In this document: piece by piece, positions 1 through 9,839 of the stretch
Position numbering within the stretch: position 1 is the stretch's first letter
Layout: each line of letters opens with the position of its first letter
Sequence record: SRR22947727_3513
Reading direction: 5' to 3' (one strand)
Length of the DNA: 57,637 nt
The notes under the pieces: model-generated
What the model was told of the DNA's origin: nothing
The model's input: only the letters and a program-made list of their open reading frames with translations
Databases searched by the model: none
Program-made: the position numbers and the translations under genes

Positions 1-18
1 CTGATCCCCGTGCTCCAC
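1..18 (-). CDS. Probable 5' end of a divergent gene running off the window (M-E-H-G-D-Q...)
   Basis: GTG at 18-16 lies 6 nt downstream of a minus-strand TAGGCT (25-30), the same geometry as other starts in this window; only 6 codons visible. Confidence 0.4.
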
Positions 19-24
19 GTCGGC

Positions 25-41
25 AGCCTAGGCGGCACAAT
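25..41. promoter_or_regulatory. Divergent pair of -10 hexamers (TAGGCT minus 25-30; CACAAT plus 36-41)
   Basis: Each is exactly 6 nt from a GTG (18 on minus, 48 on plus). Confidence 0.5.
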
Positions 42-47
42 CCGTCG

Positions 48-1247
48 GTGCCTTCGAACTCAGCGACGGGTGCCTTCCCCGCCACCCGCTCCACCGCGGC
101 GATCCTCGCCGTGGTGGTCCTCGTCGCCGTCAACCTTCGACTCGCCCTCTCGAGTCTTCCGGCGGTCGCGACGTTGATTCAGGACGAGACGGGCTGGAAT
201 GACGCCTTCATCGGCGCACTGACGACCGTTCCCGTCTTGGGTATGGGTGTCTTCGCGCTCGGTGTGCCCCGGCTAGCGGGTCGGATCGGCAGGAGAAGCG
301 CGGTGAGCCTGGCCCTGGTTGCGATGGCCGCCGGCTTGACACTTCGGTTGGCCGGAGCGGTTGCCGTCACGTTGCTGCTCTCAGCCATGCTCGCGGGCCT
401 GTCCATCGCGATTCTTGGTGGCTTGGTTCCCGGGATCGTGCGCGAGCGGCTGTCGCATTCGATGGGATTGGCCACCTCCCTGTGGACCGCAGCCATGATG
501 GGTGGAGCTGCTCTCGGCGCAGCCTTGACCTTGCCGTTGTCGGATCTGACCGGTGGATGGAATCGAGCGCTGGCGTTCTGGGCGCTGCCGGCCGTCGCCG
601 CGCTCGCGGCCTGGCTGTGGTTGGAGCGCGAAGAACCAGCGCAGGTGGCGACCGTCACCATCGTCCGGTTGCGGGATCTGCCGTGGCGAGATTTGACCGC
701 GTGGGCATTGACCGCATTCATGAGCGTGAACTCGGTCGTCTTCTACAGCATGTTGGCTTGGACGGCCCCGTCTTACGCCGAGCGCGGCTATACGCCGGAA
801 ACCGCCGGGCTGTTCTTCGGCATTTTCACGGGCTCGGGAATCATCGCCGCGCTCACCTTGCCAGCATGGTCCCATCGAACCCAGCGGCGTCGCACTCTAT
901 TTACCACCACGGTTGTCGGCTGCTCGGCGAGTTTGGTCGCCATTGCCCTGGTCCCGACATTTGCTCCCCTCTTGATTCTGGTGGCCTTGTCTTTCACGCT
1001 CAGTGGTGGCTTCGCCATGTCGCTCGGCCTGCTCAGCGAGTACGCAGCGGATGCGGCGGGCTCCGCCCGACTCACCGCGATGGCGTTCACGATCACATAC
1101 ACGTCAGCGGCCTTTAGTCCCTTCGTGATCGGAGCCATCATGGACGCCGTGGACTCGTGGACCCTGGTGTTCTCACTCCTCGCGGGCGTCACATTGCTGC
1201 AACTGCCCGCGGTGTTCTTCCTTCATCGGGGTCGCGTCGTGCAATAG
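48..1247 (+). CDS. MFS transporter, CynX/NimT (cyanate permease)-like
   Basis: 399 aa, about 12 hydrophobic segments, N-terminal 'NLR' motif, 'RLAGRIGRR' MFS loop, 'GGWNRALAFWA' segment. Confidence 0.8.
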   Translation: MPSNSATGAFPATRSTAAILAVVVLVAVNLRLALSSLPAVATLIQDETGWNDAFIGALTTVPVLGMGVFALGVPRLAGRIGRRSAVSLALVAMAAGLTLRLAGAVAVTLLLSAMLAGLSIAILGGLVPGIVRERLSHSMGLATSLWTAAMMGGAALGAALTLPLSDLTGGWNRALAFWALPAVAALAAWLWLEREEPAQVATVTIVRLRDLPWRDLTAWALTAFMSVNSVVFYSMLAWTAPSYAERGYTPETAGLFFGIFTGSGIIAALTLPAWSHRTQRRRTLFTTTVVGCSASLVAIALVPTFAPLLILVALSFTLSGGFAMSLGLLSEYAADAAGSARLTAMAFTITYTSAAFSPFVIGAIMDAVDSWTLVFSLLAGVTLLQLPAVFFLHRGRVVQ

Positions 1248-1250
1248 CTC

Positions 1251-1323
1251 GTGCAGTACAGGGTGCGATAACTGGTTCGCCACCTCGACCGGTGGCTGCA
1301 CCGACACCTGATTCTGTACGCGC
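1251..1323. terminator. Nested stem-loop between convergent MFS and hisG (terminator-like or small structured RNA)
   Basis: GTACAG 1256-1261/CTGTAC 1314-1319; GGTGC 1262-1266/GCACC 1298-1302; GCCACC 1279-1284/GGTGGC 1291-1296; no U-tract. Confidence 0.4.
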
Positions 1324-1342
1324 GTGGCCGTGTTGATCGCCG

Positions 1343-2200
1343 CTAGAGGCGGCACGCGTGGATGTCGGTCACCAGAATGCCCCGGGCGCCCAACTCGTAC
1401 AGCTCGTCCATGACTGTGTGTGCGTCGACCGACGGGACCATCGCCCGAACAGCCGACCATGATTGGTCGTGCAGCGGGGACACCGTCGGTGACTCGATTC
1501 CCGGTGTCACCACACATGCCTGGTCCAAACGATCATTGGGGATGTCGTAATCCACCAGGACGTAGGAACGCGCGACCATGACTCCGTGCAAGCGCCGAAG
1601 AAAGGTCTGCACGCTCGGAGCGTCGTTGGTCTGATCTGCGTTGCGGGACACCACGATCGCCTCGGATTGGATGAGCGGTTCCCCGATGATCTCCAGTCCG
1701 GCACGTCGAAGGGTCGTTCCCGTGGCGACGACATCCGCGACGGCATCCGCAACACCCAGGGCGACTGCATTCTCCACCGCTCCGTCGAGACGAACAACGG
1801 TCGCGTCGATCGCCTTGTCTGCAAGCCACGTCGTCAGTAGTCCGGCATACGAGGTGGCGATGCGCTTGCCCTGGAGATCAGCGACAGTTGTGGCGGTTTC
1901 CCGAGGGGCTGCCAACCGGAAAGCCGACGGAGCGAATCCCAGGGCGACGCGCTCCACAGCCTCGGCGGCGGAGTCCAGCAGCATGTCTCGTCCGGTGATG
2001 CCGAGGTCGAGCGTGCCCTCCCCGACGTAGATCGCCACGTCCTTGGGGCGCAGGAAGAAGAACTCGACGTCGTTTTGCGGATCGTGCACGACCAGGTCGT
2101 GCAAACCAGCGTTGTGCAGGTAGCCCGCTTCGATCAGCATGGCGCGGGCAGGCTCGGCCAATTGCCCTTTGTTGGGCACTGCTACTCGCAGGCTTCCCAT
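1343..2200 (-). CDS. hisG: ATP phosphoribosyltransferase (long form)
   Basis: LRVAVPNKG, RPKDV, DLGITGRD, GAVE, DVVATGTTL, C-terminal ESPTVSPL regulatory domain; ATG at 2200 overlaps hisE TGA. Confidence 0.96.
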   Translation of the reverse strand: MGSLRVAVPNKGQLAEPARAMLIEAGYLHNAGLHDLVVHDPQNDVEFFFLRPKDVAIYVGEGTLDLGITGRDMLLDSAAEAVERVALGFAPSAFRLAAPRETATTVADLQGKRIATSYAGLLTTWLADKAIDATVVRLDGAVENAVALGVADAVADVVATGTTLRRAGLEIIGEPLIQSEAIVVSRNADQTNDAPSVQTFLRRLHGVMVARSYVLVDYDIPNDRLDQACVVTPGIESPTVSPLHDQSWSAVRAMVPSVDAHTVMDELYELGARGILVTDIHACRL

Positions 2201-2463
2201 CACAACCTCCGGTAGATGTCGTCGAGGCTCACATCGGCGGCCAACATCATCACCTGTAGGTGGTAGACCAGTTGCGCAATTTCCTCGGCCGTTCGCTCCG
2301 AGCCCTCGTGCTCGGCCGCCATCCACACCTCGGCGGCCTCCTCGACGATCTTCTTGCCGACAGCATGGACTCCACCTGATAGAAGGCGCACGGTTCCGGA
2401 CTCAGGGTCCGACGTTGCTGACTTGGTGAGCAACTCGGCGTACAACTCGTCGAAAGTCTTCAC
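2200..2463 (-). CDS. hisE: Phosphoribosyl-ATP pyrophosphatase
   Basis: [10 protein letters not shown]...[16 protein letters not shown]...QLVYHLQV; 87 aa from GTG 2463. Confidence 0.95.
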   Translation of the reverse strand: MKTFDELYAELLTKSATSDPESGTVRLLSGGVHAVGKKIVEEAAEVWMAAEHEGSERTAEEIAQLVYHLQVMMLAADVSLDDIYRRL

Positions 2464-2470
2464 AAAGGCA

Positions 2471-2476
2471 AGCCTA
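2471..2476 (-). promoter_or_regulatory. -10 hexamer TAGGCT, putative leaderless hisEG promoter
   Basis: 7 nt upstream of GTG 2463; no SD visible. Confidence 0.6.
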
Positions 2477-2542
2477 GGCGTTGCATTCGTTTCCGTTATC
2501 CGTGCACCGTGAAACCAGCGTTGATGACCGGCGTCCGCGCCG

Positions 2543-3028
2543 TCATCCCGCCTGGATGTCGCGGATCGTGCGGGCGACTCGTAGCGCACTGACCATGGCT
2601 TCGGCTCCCTTGTCCTCGCGGGACGCCTCGAGGCCGGCACGGTCGCGTGCTTGCTCCTCGGTATCGCACGTCAGCAGTCCGAAGCCGACGGCGATGCCGT
2701 GATCGAGGGCCACCCGGGTGAGCCCGTCGGTGGCTGCTGAGCACACGTAGTCGAAATGCGGCGTGCCGCCACGAATCACAACTCCCAACGCCACTATGGC
2801 GTCGAAGCGACCGCTGGCCGCAGCGTGGTGGGCGAGGACGGGAAGTTCGAAAGAACCCGGGGCAACAAACTCGGTGCAGACCACTCCCGCACGGTCGGCG
2901 ACTCTGGTGGCTCCTGCCCGCAAACCATCGACCACCTGGGTGTGCCAGGACGCGGACACCACAGCTAGGCGCATCCCCGACCAGGCCGGGTCCACCTCCC
3001 CCAGATCGGGGGATCCCTGTCCGCTCAT
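2543..3028 (-). CDS. ribH: 6,7-dimethyl-8-ribityllumazine synthase
   Basis: [39 protein letters not shown]. Confidence 0.97.
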   Translation of the reverse strand: MSGQGSPDLGEVDPAWSGMRLAVVSASWHTQVVDGLRAGATRVADRAGVVCTEFVAPGSFELPVLAHHAAASGRFDAIVALGVVIRGGTPHFDYVCSAATDGLTRVALDHGIAVGFGLLTCDTEEQARDRAGLEASREDKGAEAMVSALRVARTIRDIQAG

Positions 3029-4383
3029 GCGGAACTCGAGGTGTCGTCGCCGCGTTGCGCGTTGCTGTCCGTGGCATCGGGCAAGTAGGCGTGACCCATG
3101 CGGGTGGCCTTCGTTCCCAGATAGTCAACGTTGTGCTCGTTGGCGTCGATCACGAGCGGAACTCGCTCAACGACGGAGAGCCCATACCCCTCGAGACCTG
3201 CACGCTTCGCCGGATTGTTCGTCAGCAGTCGCATCGAGCGGATTCCAAGATCGACGAGAATCTGCGCCCCGGTTCCGTAGTCGCGCGCGTCCACGGGTAA
3301 CCCCAATTCGATATTGGCATCAACAGTGTCTCGTCCCGCATCCTGAAGTGCGTATGCCCGCAACTTGTCGAGCAGGCCGATGCCGCGCCCTTCGTGACCG
3401 CGCACGTACAGCACTACACCTCGACCCTCGGCGCCCACCCGCAGCAGGGCGGCGTGCAACTGTGGTCCGCAGTCACATCTCCGCGACCCGAAAACGTCTC
3501 CGGTCAGACACTCGGAATGGACTCGGGTAAGGACATCGGCTCCATCCCCGATCTCCCCAGTGACCAGCGCGACGTGTTCACTGCCGTCGATATCGCTGCG
3601 GTAGGCCACCGCGCGGAAGTCTCCGTACTCGGTCGGAAGTGGGATTTCCACGACCCGGACGACGTGAGACTCGCTGCGACGCCGGAAGCGGATAATGTCC
3701 GCGATCGACACCAGGGCTAACTGGTGTTCGTCGCAAAAGTCGCGACACTGCGCGGCGTTCATCATCGTGCCGTCGTCGTTAACCATTTCGCACAAAGCGC
3801 CCGCAGGGTGCAGTCCGGCCATGCGGGTGAGGTCCACCGCGGCCTCCGTGTGACCTGCACGTCGGAGTACTCCCCCTTCGACAGCCCGCAGGGGAACGAC
3901 GTGGCCGGGCCGTGAGAGTTCCCACGCTTCGGTCGCAGAATCCGCCAGGACCTTGATCGTTCGGGCCCTGTCCTTCGCCGAGATGCCGGTCGACTCGATG
4001 TCCTTCGCGTCCACGGTGACGGCGTAGGCGGTTCCCCGTCGGTCTTCATTGACCCGAGCCATGGGCGGTAGGTCGAGTCGATCCAAATCGTGTGCGGTCA
4101 TTCCTACACAGATATATCCCGACGTGTACCGAATCATGAACGCCGTGAGTTCCGCGGTGGCCAGACCCGCCGCGAAGATCATGTCCCCCTCGTTTTCGCG
4201 ATTCTCGTCGTCGATAACCACGATCGGCCGTCCTGCGCGTAGTTGCTCGAGCGCTTGCTCGACGGAATTGAGGGCAACAGCGCTCGGTTCACTCGGCTGG
4301 GAGGCCGCGAGCCCCGGGACGGGGTCAGGGGCAAGATTCCCTGCCTCTTCCTCTACTCCGAATAGTTCATCGGCGGGAATCAC
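3025..4383 (-). CDS. ribBA: Bifunctional DHBP synthase / GTP cyclohydrolase II
   Basis: [50 protein letters not shown]. Confidence 0.97.
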   Translation of the reverse strand: MIPADELFGVEEEAGNLAPDPVPGLAASQPSEPSAVALNSVEQALEQLRAGRPIVVIDDENRENEGDMIFAAGLATAELTAFMIRYTSGYICVGMTAHDLDRLDLPPMARVNEDRRGTAYAVTVDAKDIESTGISAKDRARTIKVLADSATEAWELSRPGHVVPLRAVEGGVLRRAGHTEAAVDLTRMAGLHPAGALCEMVNDDGTMMNAAQCRDFCDEHQLALVSIADIIRFRRRSESHVVRVVEIPLPTEYGDFRAVAYRSDIDGSEHVALVTGEIGDGADVLTRVHSECLTGDVFGSRRCDCGPQLHAALLRVGAEGRGVVLYVRGHEGRGIGLLDKLRAYALQDAGRDTVDANIELGLPVDARDYGTGAQILVDLGIRSMRLLTNNPAKRAGLEGYGLSVVERVPLVIDANEHNVDYLGTKATRMGHAYLPDATDSNAQRGDDTSSSA

Positions 4384-4964
4384 GACTTCACCAACTTCTC
4401 GACGTACTTCGCGATGACGTCCACCTCGATATTCACGTCATCGCTCACGTTCCGGTCCCCCAGGGTGGTCTCCGAGAGCGTCGTCGGGATGAGGGATACC
4501 GAGAACTCGCCCTCGTTAACGCTCGCAACCGTCAAGGATACGCCGTCCACGGCAACCGAGCCCTTCTCCACCAGATACCTCTCCACGTCCGTCGGCGTCG
4601 CGAAGGTCATCACGATCCAATCGTCGGAGACATTGATGGAGGACACCCGCGCCGTGCCGTCGATGTGCCCCTGGACGATGTGCCCACCGAGTCGACCGTC
4701 GACACGCGCCGCACGTTCGAGGTTGACACGGCTACCCGGCGTCAAGCCTCGAAGCGACGTCCGGTTCAGCGTTTCCAGCATGACGTCCGCCACAAACCCG
4801 GCATCGTCGTGGCCTGCAACGGTGAGGCAGACCCCGTTGACGCTCACCGAGTCGCCGTGATCGGCTCCGTCAATGATCGGCGAGTCAATGCGAAGCCGCA
4901 TCGATTCTCCGCGGTCGTCGATATCCCGCACGGTTCCGACGTCCTCAATGATTCCGGTAAACAT
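4380..4964 (-). CDS. ribE: Riboflavin synthase alpha chain
   Basis: Starts [41 protein letters not shown]. Confidence 0.97.
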   Translation of the reverse strand: MFTGIIEDVGTVRDIDDRGESMRLRIDSPIIDGADHGDSVSVNGVCLTVAGHDDAGFVADVMLETLNRTSLRGLTPGSRVNLERAARVDGRLGGHIVQGHIDGTARVSSINVSDDWIVMTFATPTDVERYLVEKGSVAVDGVSLTVASVNEGEFSVSLIPTTLSETTLGDRNVSDDVNIEVDVIAKYVEKLVKS

Positions 4965-5968
4965 CAGGCAGCCTTTCGGGGAAGGGTCGCGCGCACAAGC
5001 ACATCCTCTCCTAGAGCTCGGGTCTCCATGATCTCGACCTTGGCATCGAGTCGATCGACGCCGGGCAGCGCTCGCGGTCCACTTCCCAGCCACGTACCGG
5101 CAACGAGCCATACGAGTTCGTCCACCAGGCCCTCCCGCAGGAAAGCCGCGAGCACCGTCGGGCCCGATTCAAGGAGCACATCGCGCACACCGTCATCGAA
5201 GAGCCTGTCCAAGGTGCCTTGTGGCTCGTGCCCGCGCATGATCTGTGTGGGGGCGGTGGCGTCGAGAATCTTTCGGTCGGCAGGGATCTCACGGTTGCCC
5301 ACCACTACCCGGACCGGGGCACCGGCGGGAAGCAACGGGACGTGACGGACGGTCAACTGCGGATCGTCGGCCAGAACGGTTCCCGAACCCACGACGATCG
5401 CGCCCACCCGCGCCCGCAGGGCATGGGCGTACACGTTCGCATCCGAGCCAGTCAACTGCACCCGACGCCCTTCGGCGCCCGCGACCCGTCCATCCAGGCT
5501 CACGGCACATTTCGCGGTGACGTAGGGATAGCCGCGCTGGACCGCGACGGTCCATTCCCGATTAACCTCTCGCGCCTGTAGTTCGAGGACTCCGGAGACA
5601 ACATCCACTCCTGCCTCCCGCAGGACATCGGCACCGCCTCCGGCAGTCGATGTCGGATCGCTTTGCGCGAAGACAACACGAACTACCCCGGCGTCGATCA
5701 ACGCTGCCGTGCACGGGGGTGTACGGCCTGTGTGGCGACATGGTTCGAGGGAGACAACTGCGGTACCTCCGCGGGCTCGGGTTCCAGCGTCACCGAGCGC
5801 CACGACTTCAGCGTGGTCGGTTCCCGCGCCGCCGTGCCATCCACGACCCACGACGTCACCGCCGGAGCTCACGATGACGCATCCCACGCGCGGGTTCTCT
5901 CCCCGCGGCGCACCGGGGTGCTGAGCCAATTCGATGGCCTCGGCCATGACTGCGTTCCACCTGCTCAC
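4964..5968 (-). CDS. ribD: Bifunctional pyrimidine deaminase/reductase RibD
   Basis: NPRVGC, HAE, LEPCRHTGRTPPC zinc motif, SLDG, DDPQLTVR reductase domain. Confidence 0.95.
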   Translation of the reverse strand: MSRWNAVMAEAIELAQHPGAPRGENPRVGCVIVSSGGDVVGRGWHGGAGTDHAEVVALGDAGTRARGGTAVVSLEPCRHTGRTPPCTAALIDAGVVRVVFAQSDPTSTAGGGADVLREAGVDVVSGVLELQAREVNREWTVAVQRGYPYVTAKCAVSLDGRVAGAEGRRVQLTGSDANVYAHALRARVGAIVVGSGTVLADDPQLTVRHVPLLPAGAPVRVVVGNREIPADRKILDATAPTQIMRGHEPQGTLDRLFDDGVRDVLLESGPTVLAAFLREGLVDELVWLVAGTWLGSGPRALPGVDRLDAKVEIMETRALGEDVLVRATLPRKAA

Positions 5969-6636
5969 GCTTGACGTCGCTCCGCTACCGCGCGCAGCTT
6001 CTCGATAGTCGCGCGGGGGTCATCCGAACGGAAGACCGCCGAACCGGCGACGAAAACATTCGCCCCAGCCTCGGCGCACCGCTCGATGGTCTCCGCGCCG
6101 ATCCCTCCGTCTACCTGTACCCACACATCTCCGTCACTTCTGGATGCAAGCTCACGGGCCCGACGGATCTTGGGGAGCATGTCATCGAGGAAGGCTTGAC
6201 CGCCGAATCCTGGTTCGACGGTCATCACCAAGATCATGTCGACGCTGTCGCCGAGCGCAGCTATCTCATCGAGGTTGCTTCCCGGCTTGACCGCAACCCC
6301 GGCCCTCGCTCCATGGGACCGTAGATCCGAGCACAGTTTCGCGCCATCGCGGGCCGCCTCGATGTGAAACGTCACGCTGTAGGCGCCGGCGCGCGCGTAC
6401 TCGGGGGCCCACCGATCCGGATCGTCGATCATCAGGTGACAGTCGGAGCGAAAACGCTCGTCACGAAGTAAGGGCTCGATGACGGTGAGTCCGAACGTCA
6501 GGTTTGGAACGAAGTGGCCATCCATAACATCCAGATGGATCAGATCCGATACTGCCGCGATGCGCTCCACCTCCTCGCGCAGGCGCGAGAGATCGGCGTT
6601 CAACACGCTCGGTGTCATGAGCACCGGTGAACTCAT
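5965..6636 (-). CDS. rpe: Ribulose-phosphate 3-epimerase
   Basis: HLDVMDGHFVPNLTFG, HLM, MTVEPGFGGQ, VDGGI, VAGSA. Confidence 0.97.
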   Translation of the reverse strand: MSSPVLMTPSVLNADLSRLREEVERIAAVSDLIHLDVMDGHFVPNLTFGLTVIEPLLRDERFRSDCHLMIDDPDRWAPEYARAGAYSVTFHIEAARDGAKLCSDLRSHGARAGVAVKPGSNLDEIAALGDSVDMILVMTVEPGFGGQAFLDDMLPKIRRARELASRSDGDVWVQVDGGIGAETIERCAEAGANVFVAGSAVFRSDDPRATIEKLRAVAERRQA

Positions 6637-6642
6637 CTCCCC

Positions 6643-6681
6643 AGGCTAGCCGTCAAGGGGCCAGACGCTCGTCCGTAGGCT
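6643..6681. promoter_or_regulatory. Divergent -10 hexamers (TAGCCT minus 6643-6648 for rpe; TAGGCT plus 6676-6681 for the IMPase gene)
   Basis: Both exactly 6 nt from the start codon (ATG 6636; GTG 6688). Confidence 0.6.
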
Positions 6682-6687
6682 TCGTCT

Positions 6688-7503
6688 GTGACCAACCAGC
6701 GCGAGCAGGCACCAGGTGACGACCGGTTCGACGCCGCACAGGCGGTAGCCCGCTCCGCCGGGGCCCTGGCTCTCGACTACTTCCGACGGGCCGAGACTTT
6801 GGTGGTCGAGCACAAGGGAAGTCAGGATCTGGTCAGCGAGGCGGACCGCGAGACGGAACGCCACATTCGCCAGGAATTGCAGTCGGCGTTCCCCGTCGAT
6901 GCGTTCATGGGTGAAGAACACGGATACACCGAGGGGTCGCCAGGAGACGGGACGTGGGTCGTCGATCCCATCGACGGCACCCAACCGTTTCTGTTGGGCC
7001 TGCCTACCTGGTGCATCTCCATCGCGTACGTCGCCGACAATCGCGCGCAGATCGGCGTGATCTATAACCCGGCGACCGACGAGCTCTATTGCGCTCAGGC
7101 AGGGGTGGGGGCGTTCGTCAATGGTGTACCAATTCGCGTTCGACAAGCCGATTCGCTCGCAGACGGCTTGACGGGCGTCGGCTGCTCACCGCGAACCACT
7201 CCAGAGCACCTCGCCGACATCATGCGCAACCTTCTACAGCGAGGCGGGATGTACCAGCGCACCGGATCGGGCGCCCTCAACCTCGTCTACGTCGCCGCCG
7301 GTAAGCACATTGGGTACGTAGAAACCCACATCCACGCATGGGATTGCCTCGCTGCAGTGTGCTTGATCGAGGAAGCCGGGGGGCGGGTGTCGGATTTTGT
7401 CACCGAATTCGGTGTGCAGGGAGCCGGGCCACTCGTCGCCGGCTCACCGGGAGTCTTTGACCAATTGATCCAGTTGATGCCCGTCCCGGTGCGCTATTCG
7501 TGA
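6688..7503 (+). CDS. Inositol monophosphatase family protein (SuhB/HisN-like; substrate unknown)
   Basis: DLVSEADR, GEE, WVVDPIDGT, WDCLAA...EAGG motifs. Confidence 0.9.
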   Translation: MTNQREQAPGDDRFDAAQAVARSAGALALDYFRRAETLVVEHKGSQDLVSEADRETERHIRQELQSAFPVDAFMGEEHGYTEGSPGDGTWVVDPIDGTQPFLLGLPTWCISIAYVADNRAQIGVIYNPATDELYCAQAGVGAFVNGVPIRVRQADSLADGLTGVGCSPRTTPEHLADIMRNLLQRGGMYQRTGSGALNLVYVAAGKHIGYVETHIHAWDCLAAVCLIEEAGGRVSDFVTEFGVQGAGPLVAGSPGVFDQLIQLMPVPVRYS

Positions 7504-7542
7504 CCGGTCCGGACGCTTGCTCGTCACCGAATCGATCGGTCA
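7501..7542. terminator. Hairpin spanning both stop codons of convergent IMPase and rsmB
   Basis: TGACCGGTC (7501-7509) pairs with GATCGGTCA (7534-7542, one G-U) plus an inner CGG/CCG and ACG/CGT stem; no U-tract. Confidence 0.45.
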
Positions 7543-8925
7543 GTTGCGGCGCATCAAGGTGAGGTGCATGGCGTCGGTGCCGTGCAGGTGAGGCCACAAC
7601 TGCACGTGCGGCCCGGGACCCAGGTCGGGCACGTTCGGCAGAAACTCTCGAGCGTCGAGAATCTGGACATCGTCGATGTGAAGCAGCACCTCCTCCACAA
7701 CATCGATGGTCTCGGCAATGTGGGGAGAGCAGGTGACGTACGCCAGGACGCCTCCGCTTCTCACCGATGACAGTCCAGTCGCCAGAAGCCGTCGCTGCAG
7801 GGCTGCCAACTCGATCACGTTTTCGCGGTTCCTTCGCCACCGAGACTCGGGTCGACGACGCAGCGCCCCCAACCCCGTGCAGGGAGCGTCCAACAGGATT
7901 CGATCGAAGAACTGACTTCCCCAGGGTCGATCGCAGGCATCCGCCGTGAGGATGTGGGGAGCCACGTCACTGTCTTCCGGGACACCCGCCGCCAGCAGTG
8001 ACTCGACCAGAGCAGCGCGGTGCGCATGCAACTCCACGGCGACGAAGTCGACGCTCTGGGTCCTGGCGTGGGAGGCCAGAACAGCCGCCTTGCCACCTGG
8101 GCCGGCACACATATCCAGCCACGCCGACTCCGGCGGTGAGACGGGTACCGCCAACAGCGCTTCGACAACAAGTTGGCTTCCCTCGTCCTGGACAATCGCC
8201 CGGCCCTCCCGCACGGCTTGTACCTTGGCCGGCAACCCCGCATCGACGGTGGCGGCGCGGCGAGACCACCGCCCCGGTGTCAGGCCGGCGTCAAGGACCG
8301 GCGGGTCATCGAGAAAGGCCACGGTGGGGCGGGATGGCTCGTTGTTCGCCAGGAGCGCTGCGCACAGTGCCTCATCGGAGATCTCCCCTTGCGTGTGGAG
8401 CGCGAGCGCCTGATGCAGGGCTTCGGTCACCCATCGGGGGTGGGAGGTAACGGCAGCGGCGAGCTCGTCTGCCTGCTTTCCTGTCCCGACGACCTCTTCC
8501 CAATGCGAACGATCGCGTCGCGCCACCGCTCGCAAGAGTCCGTTGATGAATCCGACTCGACCCTCATCGGTGATGCCGACCGCGCGGGCGAGCTGGCACG
8601 AAGAGTCGACGGCCGCGTGGTCGGGGACCCGCATCGAGAGCAGTTGATGCACTCCAAGCCGCACGATGTCCACGATGTCTGGGTCGACATCGGTCCAGGG
8701 GCGGGACGAAACCTCGGCGGCGACGAGATCGTAGAAGCCCGACCACCGCAAGGTGCCGTACGCGAGGTCCGTGGCGAAGGCGGCGTCGCGGCCGGTCAAC
8801 CCGTAGCGCTCGAGCACGGCCGGCCATTGCAGATTGGCGTAGACGTCGTCCCGGCGAACGGCCGTCAGCAATCCGAGCGCGGCGCGCCGCGCATCGTCGA
8901 TCACGACCTCGCCGTTACGTTGCAC
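7540..8925 (-). CDS. rsmB: 16S rRNA m5C methyltransferase RsmB/Sun (NusB-like N-domain)
   Basis: YANL, LAYGTLR, VQDEGSQ, DMCAGPGGK, DAPCTGLG, YVTCS. Confidence 0.93.
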   Translation of the reverse strand: MQRNGEVVIDDARRAALGLLTAVRRDDVYANLQWPAVLERYGLTGRDAAFATDLAYGTLRWSGFYDLVAAEVSSRPWTDVDPDIVDIVRLGVHQLLSMRVPDHAAVDSSCQLARAVGITDEGRVGFINGLLRAVARRDRSHWEEVVGTGKQADELAAAVTSHPRWVTEALHQALALHTQGEISDEALCAALLANNEPSRPTVAFLDDPPVLDAGLTPGRWSRRAATVDAGLPAKVQAVREGRAIVQDEGSQLVVEALLAVPVSPPESAWLDMCAGPGGKAAVLASHARTQSVDFVAVELHAHRAALVESLLAAGVPEDSDVAPHILTADACDRPWGSQFFDRILLDAPCTGLGALRRRPESRWRRNRENVIELAALQRRLLATGLSSVRSGGVLAYVTCSPHIAETIDVVEEVLLHIDDVQILDAREFLPNVPDLGPGPHVQLWPHLHGTDAMHLTLMRRN

Positions 8926-9835
8926 GTGTCAATTCACCTCGATAGCCACGAGCCCAATCAGTGGCGGCCATTGTCTTCTTCCCTGTTGCCTGCACTTCGC
9001 CGAGGACGATGAATCCTCTCTGGGCGCCGATCGTCACCTCCGATTTTCCGACGTGGATGAGTCCCGGTGATGCACTTTCGTCCACGACGACCGCCTGCGG
9101 TGTTCCGATGTTGACCCGATGGCCGTCGATGGTGGTCCACGCTCCCGGGTCGGGTGTGCAGGAACGAATCCAGCGATCGACCTCGAAGACATCGCCGGAC
9201 CAATTGACCCTGGCGTCATCACTGGAGATGCGGGGGGCGAGCGATACCCCGCCGGAATCTTGCGCAGCGGGCTGCAGGTCGCCACCTTCCATCGCATCGA
9301 TGGTGGACACCAACAGGTTGGCGCCGACAATCGCGAGGCGAGCAAGAAGCACACCCGCATCTTCACGGTCCCCGATCGACACCGGGTCCGAGCGCATCAG
9401 GATCGGACCGGTGTCCAGGCCCTCGTCGATCGAGAACGTCGTCACACCGGTGTGCGTCTGGCCTGCTCCGATTGCGTGCTGCACCGGAGCGGCTCCGCGC
9501 CAGGCGGGAAGAACGGAGAAGTGGGCGTTCACCCATCCGAATCGTGGGACGGTCAGCAGCGGTGCAGGAATCAGTAGCCCGTAGGCGACAACCGCGACCA
9601 CATCAGGTGCCCAATCACCGAGCACATCCGCCTCGCGGTGCAGGTTGGAGGGAGTGCGCACCTCGATGCCGGCTTCTTTGGCATGCATCTTCACCGGGCT
9701 CGCCCGCAAACGCCGTCCCCGACCAGCCGGTGCATCCGGTCGGCTCAGAACACCCACCACCTCATGGCTGGATTCCTCCAATGCCACAAGGGACGCGACA
9801 GCTACGTCGGGAGTGCCGGCGAAAACGACGCGCAC
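8915..9835 (-). CDS. fmt: Methionyl-tRNA formyltransferase
   Basis: RVVFAGTP, VVAYG, NAHFSVLPAWRGAAP, GLDTG; GTG 9835. Confidence 0.96.
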   Translation of the reverse strand: MRVVFAGTPDVAVASLVALEESSHEVVGVLSRPDAPAGRGRRLRASPVKMHAKEAGIEVRTPSNLHREADVLGDWAPDVVAVVAYGLLIPAPLLTVPRFGWVNAHFSVLPAWRGAAPVQHAIGAGQTHTGVTTFSIDEGLDTGPILMRSDPVSIGDREDAGVLLARLAIVGANLLVSTIDAMEGGDLQPAAQDSGGVSLAPRISSDDARVNWSGDVFEVDRWIRSCTPDPGAWTTIDGHRVNIGTPQAVVVDESASPGLIHVGKSEVTIGAQRGFIVLGEVQATGKKTMAATDWARGYRGELTRAT

Positions 9836-9839
9836 GGTG

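Noticed and set aside
2464..2542. ribH-hisE gap as a His attenuator or riboswitch
   Set aside because: No His-codon leader peptide or convincing structure; the -10 sits 7 nt from the hisE start, so the gap lies upstream of the predicted TSS
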